Shown in pieces: positions 9,723-19,077 of a DNA stretch of 64,000 bases (position 1 is the stretch's first letter; the number at the start of each line of letters is the position of its first letter). A model generated the notes under the pieces. That model was given only the letters and a program-made list of their open reading frames with translations. It was not told where the DNA came from and made no database searches. The translations under genes were made by a program, and so were the position numbers. The stretch covers positions 470,439-534,438 of the forward strand of contig BQJC01000003.1 of assembly GCA_021604505.1 (NCBI GenBank). The letters run 5' to 3'. Source of the DNA: Nitrospinaceae bacterium. GTDB lineage: Bacteria > Nitrospinota > Nitrospinia > Nitrospinales > VA-1.

Positions 9723-10703
9723 GTGAAAACAGCGATGGATTCAGGAGATGGTAATTTTCGGCCCATCAATCTCAAGTTTCTTATGGGAGAAATCAAAGAA
9801 AGTTTCGACATTTTTTATAAAACCGAAGCCTTCGGTTCCACCAAATTTGTCAAATTCGCCAGTGCCAATCCTCAACATCAGGACAAAGTCAGAAAACTGA
9901 TCGAGGAAAAAGAAGGCACTGAAGAATTTTACATTCAGGCGGATGATTTGATGAAATATTACAATCAAGCCACCGTCCAATTGAGAGAAATGATCTCCGA
10001 CCCCGACCTGTCTCTCAAAGAAAAAACTCAAAAAATTTATGATGTTTCAAAGGAAATCATGAAGGATTTTTTTGATTTCAACGCTTCACCCAAGATTTTA
10101 GAATCATCCGAACAAGTGGTGGAAATGATGGACGAGTGTTTGTCCACCGCCGACGCGGATTTTCATGCCCTGTTCACGATCACCAGCAAAGATTATTACA
10201 CCTACACCCACAGCGTGAACGTCGGGCTCTACTGTCTCGGCTATGGCGTCAAAACCAATATGGGGTCCGACGACATCCGGGATCTGGGCCTGGGCGGCAT
10301 GCTCCACGATGTCGGGAAAAGCCACATAGACAATGCCATCATCAACAAAAATGGCAAGCTGACCGAGGAAGAATTTGAAACTGTCAAAAGTCATTCCCGG
10401 CTTGGCCAGGCAATGCTTACCAATATGAAGTGCTACGGAGCCAACGTGGTTTTAATGGCCGGCCAGCATCACGAAAAATATAGTGGGAACGGTTATCCCG
10501 GTGGCCTGGTGGGAGATGAAATCTCATATTACGCCCGCATCTGCAAGGTTGCGGACGTCTACGACGCGCTGACTACCCGCCGATCCTATAAAAAAGCCTT
10601 GGCGCCATTTGATGCCCTGACCGTTATGGGCCAGCAGATGAAAAATGAGTTCGATCTTGAGATTTTGGGGAACTTTATAAAATATATGGGTCCCGACCTT
10701 TAA
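9723..10703 (+). CDS. HD-GYP domain c-di-GMP phosphodiesterase (paralog 2)
   Basis: 326 aa with a GTG start. It is collinear with paralog 1 along its whole length. Motifs present: LHDVGK and HHEKYSGNGYPGGL. Confidence 0.85.
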   Translation: MKTAMDSGDGNFRPINLKFLMGEIKESFDIFYKTEAFGSTKFVKFASANPQHQDKVRKLIEEKEGTEEFYIQADDLMKYYNQATVQLREMISDPDLSLKEKTQKIYDVSKEIMKDFFDFNASPKILESSEQVVEMMDECLSTADADFHALFTITSKDYYTYTHSVNVGLYCLGYGVKTNMGSDDIRDLGLGGMLHDVGKSHIDNAIINKNGKLTEEEFETVKSHSRLGQAMLTNMKCYGANVVLMAGQHHEKYSGNGYPGGLVGDEISYYARICKVADVYDALTTRRSYKKALAPFDALTVMGQQMKNEFDLEILGNFIKYMGPDL

Positions 10704-10815
10704 TTCCTGTTTCTCAAAAGTTTTTTGACGGCATTCCCCCCGCCTGTTGCCGTTGAGCACAAATTTATTTCACAAACGTCTTCATTAGGGCCCCAGGGAT
10801 TCGTTATAGATGAAA

Positions 10816-11664
10816 TCATTCCTCCTGCGTCTGAACCACAAGGTCCACATTTTCCAGCAATTGAGGAATCCACTCCTCCAATTCTGCTTCAGTAAAATTC
10901 AGCAATAAAAAAAGTTTGTCCATTTCCACGGGAGTCTCATTCCCAATGCCGTCCGAATACCCCCACCGGTTTGCCAGATTTCGAGCCACGCATACTGTCC
11001 CCCCCAAAGGATCCAGGACCTCGTCCTCTTTAGACGCATAACAAAACCTTTGAGCGCGAATCAACTCTTCAGGAAAACCAAAGGCTTCGACCATCTCAAC
11101 TCCAAGATCCGCATGAGTGAACCCCAGGTCCCGCTTTTCTATCTCCATCAATTCGGTCTGTTCGCTCTCAGCCAATTCAACCCACCCCTTCAACAGTTCC
11201 GGGTGGCAGGCGGCCAAAGAGATTTTCCCGATTCCATGAATCAATCCGGCCGTGAAACAGACATCGGTCTCTATCTTTCCCAATCGAAGACCCAGGCTTC
11301 CCGCCAGCGCGGCTGTCACAGACATATGCAACCAAAGTCTGGAATGATCGAATGGGGGAGGAAAAATATCGTCCTGATAGCGTTCCAGAATAGGAGTCGT
11401 GAGAATAATATTTCTAATGGCTCCCGGTCCCAGGAGCCCTGCCGCCTGTTGCAGGGATGAAATTTTTCCTGCATACCCATAAAGAGGCGTGTTGGCCACT
11501 TTTAAAACCTGGAAGGCAATCGCCGGATCGTATTGGATTTTTTGCAGAATCGTGTAATCCATCGCCGAGGTGTTGCCCAATTCATCCAGCAAACTAAGGA
11601 TCTGGCCTGGAAGTGAAGGCAGACCTTCCCGGGTTATGAACTCATCGATCTTTGAAGATGTCAT
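10816..11664 (-). CDS. HDOD domain signalling protein
   Basis: 282 aa. The segment LPSLPGQILSLLDELGNTSAMDYTILQKIQYDPAIAFQVLKVANTPLYGYAGKISSLQQAAGLLG is the HDOD signature. The start overlaps the upstream GGDEF gene by 23 nt. Confidence 0.8.
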   Translation of the reverse strand: MTSSKIDEFITREGLPSLPGQILSLLDELGNTSAMDYTILQKIQYDPAIAFQVLKVANTPLYGYAGKISSLQQAAGLLGPGAIRNIILTTPILERYQDDIFPPPFDHSRLWLHMSVTAALAGSLGLRLGKIETDVCFTAGLIHGIGKISLAACHPELLKGWVELAESEQTELMEIEKRDLGFTHADLGVEMVEAFGFPEELIRAQRFCYASKEDEVLDPLGGTVCVARNLANRWGYSDGIGNETPVEMDKLFLLLNFTEAELEEWIPQLLENVDLVVQTQEE

Positions 11665-12748
11665 CCGCGGTCCCCATCACCGTTCTGTTTCTTCCAGATT
11701 CTTTTGCCTGGTAAAGCGCATCATCTGCCACACCGATCAAATGCGCAAGGTCACGAATTTTCTCCTTTTGAAACTCTGCGATTCCGCAACTGATCGTCAC
11801 GGAATGCACACTTTCTTCGTGTTTGAATCGGCATTTTTCGACTTCTTCCCGAATCCGTTCAGCAATCATCCGCGCCCCTTCGCCATTGGTTTCAGGAAGA
11901 ATCAACACAAACTCTTCGCCTCCATAACGGCCCGCCACATCATGGGCACGGCACAGGCTTTTTATGATTCCAGCGATCCCCATCAAAACGTCATCCCCCT
12001 CCTGATGTCCGAAAGTATCATTGACGCCCTTAAAATAATCGACATCCATCATGACCAGGGAAAGCGGAGAATCGTATCGCCGGCATCTGAGAATTTCGTT
12101 TTGCAACAACGTTTGAAATTGCTGACGATTGGTCAAACCCGTGAGCCCGTCAGTGACCGACAACCGTTCCGCTTTTTCATAAGACTGCGCATTGCTGATC
12201 GACACCGAAACCACTTCCGAGACGTTCAGAAAATAATCGAGATCCGTAACGTTGAGGTTGCCCTTTTCATTATCGTTCAGATTGAGGACGCCGATGATTT
12301 CATTCTCAATCATCAGCGGAATGGTGATAAAAAAATTGTACTGGAATAAGGGGTTGCGAACGCCTTTGAAGAACCTGGACTTATCGTAGTTCTGCTCTAA
12401 AACGTAAGTTCCTGAATTGATCGCCTCACTCATTATTTCCGAATCTTTTTGGCGTAAATTCAGGATTTCTTTTAAATCGGGGTGGTTGTGACAGGCCAGA
12501 GTCAGGATTCTTTTATTTTTGTCAAAAAGAAACAATGAAAAATAACGTATGAAAAGAATGAAAGGCAGTTTATCCGCTAAAACTTTATTGATTGCTTCCA
12601 GACTCATCAAGCTGATGCTTTTCTGCAAATAAATCAGATGATCCGTATGCAATAACGACTGCCCCAGCATTCCATTTTGCTTTTTCAACAAACTGCGAAT
12701 CACATTCGATTCTTGCTTTTTCAGTTTTTCAAACTGGCTGTTGTCCAT
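11642..12748 (-). CDS. GAF-GGDEF diguanylate cyclase (predicted active, with I-site)
   Basis: 368 aa. Motifs present: DGLTGLTNRQQF, DVDYFKGVNDTFGHQEGD, and RAHDVAGRYGGEEF (an RxxD I-site five residues before GGEEF). The N-terminal half looks like a GAF domain. Confidence 0.85.
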   Translation of the reverse strand: MDNSQFEKLKKQESNVIRSLLKKQNGMLGQSLLHTDHLIYLQKSISLMSLEAINKVLADKLPFILFIRYFSLFLFDKNKRILTLACHNHPDLKEILNLRQKDSEIMSEAINSGTYVLEQNYDKSRFFKGVRNPLFQYNFFITIPLMIENEIIGVLNLNDNEKGNLNVTDLDYFLNVSEVVSVSISNAQSYEKAERLSVTDGLTGLTNRQQFQTLLQNEILRCRRYDSPLSLVMMDVDYFKGVNDTFGHQEGDDVLMGIAGIIKSLCRAHDVAGRYGGEEFVLILPETNGEGARMIAERIREEVEKCRFKHEESVHSVTISCGIAEFQKEKIRDLAHLIGVADDALYQAKESGRNRTVMGTADDIFKDR

Positions 12749-13000
12749 ATTATTGGAAAATGAAACGGTTGACGATTACCCGGTCAAAAAAATTTCTTTT
12801 AACACAACTTTCACAGAAGGTGAGTCAAAAAAATGACGGAGGTTTAAGAACGATCCCGGTTCTTCAGTTTTTTCCAAAAGTTCAAAAACTCACAAAAAGC
12901 TCCATTATTATTCAATAAAACAAAGCTTTTAACAAGAATAGAAAATTTTAAATTTTGCATTTTCAACCAGTTACCAGACGCATAAAAAGTCGAGCTAGAG

Positions 13001-13016
13001 TGGTACGGATTTTGCT
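13001..13016 (+). promoter_or_regulatory. sigma-54 (-24/-12) promoter
   Basis: TGGTAC-GGATT-TTGCT, with the GG and GC separated by 10 nt. It lies 37 nt upstream of the ATG at 13053. Confidence 0.6.
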
Positions 13017-13052
13017 CTATAATGGGGAACGCGCACTACGCGCCCCGATGCC

Positions 13053-15629
13053 ATGAACCCAACCGCTACATTTTATCTTCGATTTCAAGCCACTCTTTTG
13101 GCCTTCCTTCTTAGTTTCGTCCTGGTTGGTCCGGCTTTTGCCAAAGGCACCTTTTCGAACAATCAAACGATGCCGGTGGTCAAAAAAGTGCGCATGGGAC
13201 CGCACCCGAAATACACGCGCATCATCATCGATTTGAGCCGGCCCGCGGACTACAAAGTGAGCGCCAATTTTGTTGGGAAAAAGGTCACTCTGACACTAAA
13301 AAACGTTCGGTTGAATTCCAGAGTTAAAACCCGTCCGATCAAAGACCGGAACTTGGAAAAAATAGGGATCCATCCGGAGCAGGAAACCCTGGAAATTGTT
13401 CTGCATCTCAGGAAATCGAACACCCGGTTTTTCCATTATTTTGACAAGGCCAAGTCGCAAATCGTCATAGACTTAAACGGAGTAAAAAAACCCTTCCTGC
13501 AAACCCAGATAGGAAAAAGTCCCCCTGCCTCCAAACCCAGGGTCATCGAGCCCAAGAGTGAAGTTCTCCTTCCCGGAAAGGGAAAAACTTCGCGAACGAA
13601 TCAACGTTCCAGACCACCCAGAAAAGTCCGGATCGCGGGGCTGAATGCAAAAAAAATTCAGCAAATCAACCGTCAGGATATCGAAAACAAATTAAAAAAC
13701 GGCTGGGATGAATACCAGGCGGCGCTAAAAGAGTTCCAGGAAAAAAACTACCCTGAGGCAATAGAACTCTTTGAAAAATTTGTTCAGGGCTTTCCCAACA
13801 GTAAATACCTGGATCATATTTACTACCTCCGTGCCGAAGCGCATTTTCAAATCGCCTTTCGCGACCCGCATCCGATTTTTGAAAAAGCCCTGACGGCGTA
13901 TAAAAATGCATCCCGGCGTTTTCCAAACTCCAGGTTTGCCGAACATGCCCGTGACAAAATCGCGTTCATTTATTCCGAAATGGGATACATCCTGGAAGCG
14001 AAAACCATGTATGAAGAAAGCCTGCGAGCGGAGCCTGAAAGTCCCTACGTGTTTGCGCGAAAAAATAATGTGGCCCTCATGATGCTGAAGGAAGGCAAGT
14101 ACGAAAAAGCTTATTCCTCATTTCAAAGGCTTTTGAAAAATAACCCGAAGAATATCGCGGCCCGGCCCGCCCTATTTGAAATTGCCAATAAATTTTATCA
14201 GCAAAAAGACTTCAAACGATCGCTGGAAGTTTATAAAGATGGCGCCGTCCGCTGGCCCAGCCAGCTCAACGAAGAACCGGAAATCAATTTCAACATGGGG
14301 GACATCTATTTTCGTCAAAAACAATACTCCGAGGCCAGAAATCACTTTTTCGATCTGATCAACCTGGCTCCCGACCATTCCAAAGCACACCGCGCCCTCA
14401 ACATGATCGGAGATTCCTATTTGCTGGAAGACCGACATAAGGATGCCCTCGCCGTCTTCGACGAGTCCGCCAGAAGAAACTCCGGAAGCAGTGAATCTTT
14501 GTACGGAAAAATCCGCCTGGCAGATATCGGCGTCATCAATTCAAAATTAAAAGTTAAAGATGTTATTTTTAACACCGATCCGTATTACCAGCCCTACAAA
14601 GCCTACGATGAGGTTTTAAAAGAAGCCAAGGATGTCGAAATCCTTGCTGAGGTCACGTTGAGCCGGGGCATTGCATTTCTAAAAGAGCAAAATTATTTGC
14701 GGGCCATCGAAGAGTTCAAAAAACTGCTTCCCCTCGGCCCCGATTCCCGATTCCATGATAAATCCCAGAGATACATCCAACAGGCGCTTGTTTTCTCCGT
14801 GGACAAATACGCCCGCCAGGGAGGAGTTCTGCCAATCCTATACTCCTACAGCGATTTTGCCAGTTTATCTTTAGGCGAAGTAAAAAATTTAAGAACTGTC
14901 ATGCAAATCGGGGAAGCCTATCAATCCATCGGAATGTTCCCGCAGGCTCTCAGATTTTATGAACGGGTCAAAAAATTGGATGCAAAAAACGTTTACCGCG
15001 ACCGCATCTTCCTCAATCTGGGACAAATCCACCTGGAACAGAACAATTTTAAGGAAGCGGAACTGGTGGCCCGGTCATTTTTAAGCAATTTTCCGCAAAG
15101 CCCTCAGGTCCCCGATGCCCTCAAGCTCTTAGCCAGTTCCCACACCGGCAGAAAGCAATACAAAGAAGCATTGCGTGTGTATAAAAAACTCTTGAGGCAA
15201 CACAAGGAAGATGTTTCCGAAACCCACTCCCTGATGGCCGAAACCTATCAAAACCTGGGCGATCTTCCTTCCGCCATTGGCGAATACCGCAAGGCCATCA
15301 AAACCTTTGACCGCACCGCCAGGATCATCCCCAACACCATACGCAAAGCCTATTACAGCCTGGGGTTTGCCCTGTTTCAGAATAAAAAATACGCCCAGGC
15401 CGCTAAAGCCCTGGAGTCGGCCAGGCGGTTATTCCCGGAACAGCCGCACACCGATTGGGCGGATTACCTGTTGGTTGAAAGTTACAACCATTTGAAAGAT
15501 CCTTCCAAAGCCACCGCGACTTTGAACACCTTGATCGAATCAAAAAACACGGACACTCTTTTGAAGCAGGCGGCAGAATCGAAACTTAAATTCCTGGATT
15601 GGGAAAAAGAATTTAAAGAACCTCTTTAA
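13053..15629 (+). CDS. secreted AMIN-domain / multi-TPR repeat protein
   Basis: 858 aa. It has a signal peptide (LLAFLLSFVLVGPAFAKG) and an AMIN-like segment (PKYTRIIIDLSRPADYKV...VTLTLKNVRL). Many TPR-like repeats follow (YPEAIELFEKF..., YEKAYSSFQRLLKNNP...). Confidence 0.7.
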   Translation: MNPTATFYLRFQATLLAFLLSFVLVGPAFAKGTFSNNQTMPVVKKVRMGPHPKYTRIIIDLSRPADYKVSANFVGKKVTLTLKNVRLNSRVKTRPIKDRNLEKIGIHPEQETLEIVLHLRKSNTRFFHYFDKAKSQIVIDLNGVKKPFLQTQIGKSPPASKPRVIEPKSEVLLPGKGKTSRTNQRSRPPRKVRIAGLNAKKIQQINRQDIENKLKNGWDEYQAALKEFQEKNYPEAIELFEKFVQGFPNSKYLDHIYYLRAEAHFQIAFRDPHPIFEKALTAYKNASRRFPNSRFAEHARDKIAFIYSEMGYILEAKTMYEESLRAEPESPYVFARKNNVALMMLKEGKYEKAYSSFQRLLKNNPKNIAARPALFEIANKFYQQKDFKRSLEVYKDGAVRWPSQLNEEPEINFNMGDIYFRQKQYSEARNHFFDLINLAPDHSKAHRALNMIGDSYLLEDRHKDALAVFDESARRNSGSSESLYGKIRLADIGVINSKLKVKDVIFNTDPYYQPYKAYDEVLKEAKDVEILAEVTLSRGIAFLKEQNYLRAIEEFKKLLPLGPDSRFHDKSQRYIQQALVFSVDKYARQGGVLPILYSYSDFASLSLGEVKNLRTVMQIGEAYQSIGMFPQALRFYERVKKLDAKNVYRDRIFLNLGQIHLEQNNFKEAELVARSFLSNFPQSPQVPDALKLLASSHTGRKQYKEALRVYKKLLRQHKEDVSETHSLMAETYQNLGDLPSAIGEYRKAIKTFDRTARIIPNTIRKAYYSLGFALFQNKKYAQAAKALESARRLFPEQPHTDWADYLLVESYNHLKDPSKATATLNTLIESKNTDTLLKQAAESKLKFLDWEKEFKEPL

Positions 15630-15685
15630 TCCTTTATAATGATTAAGTGATTCGATTCAACCCTCACCCGTGGTCCAAATAGTTC

Positions 15686-16957
15686 ATGAGTAAATCCCTC
15701 CAGGGAAAAACCCCAAAAGAAGAATTCGAAATCCTCAACCAGGCGTTTCAAGCCTTCAATGAAGCCACCCAGCAACTTCAGGACTCCTACGATGACCTGA
15801 AGGAACGAGTTAAGCTGCTCGATTTGGAACTGGCGAAAAAGAACGAAGAGCTTGAAAAAAACCTCACTGAAAAAGAGGAAGTCAAAAACTACCTGAACAA
15901 CATTCTGGAAAGCCTGACCACAGGCGTCATCGTTGTCGACAAAGAAGGAAACATCACCACCTTCAACAAAACCGCCGGCTGGATCACCGGGCTCACCCCT
16001 GAATCCTGTTTCGGCAAACCCCTTCCCGACCTGTTCCACGACGACTTGTTTGAAAATATAGTGTCCCGTTTGACCAAAACGGGAGGCATTCCGCTAAGCG
16101 TGGACCGGGAAATCGAAGCCGCAAACGGACGCAAAATTCATATACGTGCTTCCGCATCGCCCGTGCTGGACCCCGAGGAAGAGCAAATTGGGACCGTGCT
16201 GATCGTTCAGGACATGACCCAGGTGCGGCAATTGGAAATCGAGGCGCAACGAAACCAGCGACTGCGAGCCATGGGGGAAATGGCCGCCGGGATCGCCCAT
16301 GAAATCAGAAATCCTCTCGGAAGCATTGAACTCTTCGCTTCCATGTTGAAAAAAGACGTAGAACCCGATGAAGAAAAAAGCAAACTGGTGGAACATATTC
16401 GCTCCGGCGTGAAAAACATGGACCGAATCATTTCCACGCTTTTACTCTTCGCAAAATCACCGCGCCCCTCACAGCAAAAATGCAATATCAGCCAATTACT
16501 TTCCAACCTGCTGGAAGGCACGCCCGACCTGATCATTCCCGAAACCATTAAAATCATCAGGACATTTGGAAATGGCGACATGTTGGCCAACGGCGACCAG
16601 GAGTTACTAAAACAGGTTTTTATCAACCTCATCAGAAACGCCGTCCAGGCCATGCCCGACGGAGGGGAGCTCAGTTTGACGACTCAAAAAGTCAGCGCTT
16701 CATCCGACCGCGACCATCGTCAATTCATCACCATCACCGTGTCCGACACAGGAAAAGGCATCCCTTCAGACACCCTGGCAAAAATCTTCAACCCATTTTT
16801 TTCAACAAAAGATAAAGGGACCGGATTGGGTTTATCCATTTCTCACAATATTATTAAAGCCCATCAAGGAACCATCGATGCCGAGAGTGAAAAAAACAAG
16901 GGAACAACTTTTATCGTAAAACTACCAAGTTGGGACAATGAATTTGATGGAAAATAA
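15686..16957 (+). CDS. cytoplasmic PAS sensor histidine kinase (FlrB/FleS/AtoS-like)
   Basis: 423 aa with no TM segment. It has a coiled coil plus PAS region (GVIVVDKEGNITTFNK), the H-box AAGIAHEIRNPLGSI, the N-box LIRNAVQAM, and G-boxes DTGKGI and GTGLGLSI. Confidence 0.85.
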   Translation: MSKSLQGKTPKEEFEILNQAFQAFNEATQQLQDSYDDLKERVKLLDLELAKKNEELEKNLTEKEEVKNYLNNILESLTTGVIVVDKEGNITTFNKTAGWITGLTPESCFGKPLPDLFHDDLFENIVSRLTKTGGIPLSVDREIEAANGRKIHIRASASPVLDPEEEQIGTVLIVQDMTQVRQLEIEAQRNQRLRAMGEMAAGIAHEIRNPLGSIELFASMLKKDVEPDEEKSKLVEHIRSGVKNMDRIISTLLLFAKSPRPSQQKCNISQLLSNLLEGTPDLIIPETIKIIRTFGNGDMLANGDQELLKQVFINLIRNAVQAMPDGGELSLTTQKVSASSDRDHRQFITITVSDTGKGIPSDTLAKIFNPFFSTKDKGTGLGLSISHNIIKAHQGTIDAESEKNKGTTFIVKLPSWDNEFDGK

Positions 16958-18323
16958 TTTTGAAAAAAAGATTCTCGTGGTTGACGATGAAAGTGAAATG
17001 CGGGTCGCCCTTGAAACCGCCTTAAAGCGCGAAGGCTACCAGCCCGTCTCTATCCAGGACGGGAAAGAGGCGTGGAACCGGATTCAAAACGAATCGTTCG
17101 ACCTGGTCCTGTCCGACGTTAAAATGCCAAAAATGGACGGCGTGGAACTTTTGCGCGCCATCAAACAACATGCTCCGAAAACCATTGTTATCATGATGAC
17201 CGCTTATGGAGATATCGACAACGCCGTGGAAACCATGAAGGTGGGGGCTTTCGATTACCTTTTAAAACCCTTCTCTGCGGAAATCCTGATTGCAACCGTG
17301 AACCGGGCTTTCCTGCAGGAACCGGAAACCCCTGTCCAGCCGATGCCCGCGATGGCCTCTCCGGGAGAAAAAAACGTTCCCGAACGAAAAATCATCACCA
17401 ACAACGAGGCCATGAAAAAGCTCCTGAAATTTGCTGAAAACATCGCCTACAGTAAATCCACCGTACTGATCATCGGAGAGACCGGCACCGGCAAGGAGCT
17501 GTTTGCCCGGCTGATCCACCAATGCAGTCCGAGAGCAGACAAACCGTTCATGCCGATCAATTGCGCTGCCCTTCCCGAGGGTCTTCTGGAGACAGAAATG
17601 TTCGGTCATGAAAAAGGCGCCTTCACCGGAGCCGACTCCCGTAAAGAAGGTAAATTTGAAATGGCCAGCAAAGGAACCTTGCTCCTCGATGAAGTGACCG
17701 AGATGCCCCTGCCCCTGCAGGCTAAACTGCTTCGGGTCCTGCAGGAACATGAAATCGATAAAGTCGGAGGGAAGGAAGCCATTCCAGTCGATGTCCGGGT
17801 GATCGCCACCACCAATCGGGACGTCAAAAAGCGGATCGCGGAAAACCAGTTCCGCGAAGATCTCTACTACCGGTTAAACGTCATTCCCATCAAACTGATT
17901 CCCTTGCGGGAGCGCAAGGAAGACATTCCCTTGCTGGCGGAACACTTTCTTCAGCAACATTGCAAGGAAATGCAAAAAACCGCTCCAGAGATCGACCAAA
18001 CCACCATGGCCCTTTTGAAAAAATACCACTGGCCGGGCAATATCCGCGAACTGGGAAACATCATGGAGCGGGCCACACTCATGTGCAAAGAGGAAAGGTT
18101 ATTGCCAGGCCACCTGTTTTTCGAGGAAGGTTCTGACCTCGATGGAGAAACCGGATCGAAACCCCTCTCCAATTTCCGGGGAACCATTTACGATATGGAA
18201 AAAGAGTTGATCCTGCAAACTCTGGAAGAAGTGAATGGCAATAAAACCCGCGCAGCAGAATCTCTCGGCATCAGCATTCGAACCCTGCGCAACAAACTGA
18301 CCGAATATCAAAAAAGCAATTGA
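16938..18323 (+). CDS. sigma-54-dependent response regulator (NtrC family; FlrC/FleR-like)
   Basis: 461 aa. It has a REC domain (DLVLSDVKMPKMDG), an AAA+ domain with GETGTGKELFA and the GAFTGA loop, and a C-terminal HTH (AAESLGISIRTLRNKL). It overlaps the kinase gene by 20 nt. Confidence 0.9.
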   Translation: MNLMENNFEKKILVVDDESEMRVALETALKREGYQPVSIQDGKEAWNRIQNESFDLVLSDVKMPKMDGVELLRAIKQHAPKTIVIMMTAYGDIDNAVETMKVGAFDYLLKPFSAEILIATVNRAFLQEPETPVQPMPAMASPGEKNVPERKIITNNEAMKKLLKFAENIAYSKSTVLIIGETGTGKELFARLIHQCSPRADKPFMPINCAALPEGLLETEMFGHEKGAFTGADSRKEGKFEMASKGTLLLDEVTEMPLPLQAKLLRVLQEHEIDKVGGKEAIPVDVRVIATTNRDVKKRIAENQFREDLYYRLNVIPIKLIPLRERKEDIPLLAEHFLQQHCKEMQKTAPEIDQTTMALLKKYHWPGNIRELGNIMERATLMCKEERLLPGHLFFEEGSDLDGETGSKPLSNFRGTIYDMEKELILQTLEEVNGNKTRAAESLGISIRTLRNKLTEYQKSN

Positions 18324-18392
18324 TTGACTCCAATAGGTTACAAATTTACCCATATCGTCAAATCCATGACAGTTTTTTCCTAGAGCACGAAA

Positions 18393-18420
18393 AATTCTGT
18401 GCAATCCGTTGTGCAGAATT
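18393..18420 (+). promoter_or_regulatory. inverted repeat AATTCTG-N14-CAGAATT, candidate enhancer (UAS) for the sigma-54 activator
   Basis: A 7-nt perfect inverted repeat centred ~110 nt upstream of the -12 element at 18516-18520. The position is typical for bacterial enhancer-binding protein sites. There is no independent support. Confidence 0.3.
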
Positions 18421-18504
18421 CGCAGGACCCAAAAAAACTCATTGATAAATTTGAACTTATTTTTATTCCTCAACTTTTTTTTTAAGGCCCGATATACCCT
18501 CGCT

Positions 18505-18520
18505 TGGTACGAAAATTGCT
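18505..18520 (+). promoter_or_regulatory. sigma-54 (-24/-12) promoter of the flagellar operon
   Basis: TGGTAC-GAAAA-TTGCT, the same core as the site at 13001. It lies 80 nt upstream of the flgC ATG. Confidence 0.65.
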
Positions 18521-18599
18521 CACTATTTTTACAAGATTTATGCGCCGGGCGAAAATTTTTCGAATGGATCCCTCATTAACTTTCTAAAAGGTAGCCGCA

Positions 18600-19037
18600 A
18601 TGGATTTTTTGACAGCAATGCAGATCAGCTCTTCTGGACTGAGCGTTCAACGACAACGCATGGAGGCCATTTCCAGCAACCTGGCCAACGTGGAAACCAC
18701 ACGCACCCCGGAAGGCGGACCGTATCGTAAAAAAAGCGTGGTGGTCAGCGCTCTGCCATTGGAGAACGAATTTGCCGCAGTTCTAAAAAATGAATTGGGG
18801 GATACCCTGAACCAAGCCCTTGTCACCCAGGTGGTGCGCGACCAAACCGAGCCCCGGACGGTTTTCAATCCAAATCACCCGGACGCCAATAAAGAAGGTT
18901 ACGTGGCGATGCCGAACATCGATGTGATCAGTGAAATTGTGGACATGGTTACCACCACACGTTCTTTCGAGGCCAACGTCACCGCCATGAACGCCGCGAA
19001 ATCCATGGCCCTTCGCGCCATAGAGCTTGGAAGATAA
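18600..19037 (+). CDS. flgC: flagellar basal-body rod protein FlgC
   Basis: 145 aa. The N-terminus contains SNLANVETTRTPEGGPYRKK, and the C-terminus contains GYVAMPNIDVISEIVDMVTTTRSFEANV. Confidence 0.9.
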   Translation: MDFLTAMQISSSGLSVQRQRMEAISSNLANVETTRTPEGGPYRKKSVVVSALPLENEFAAVLKNELGDTLNQALVTQVVRDQTEPRTVFNPNHPDANKEGYVAMPNIDVISEIVDMVTTTRSFEANVTAMNAAKSMALRAIELGR

Positions 19038-19077
19038 CTGCATAGCCTTGAGAGTCGAACCCTAATCCAAAATATTC

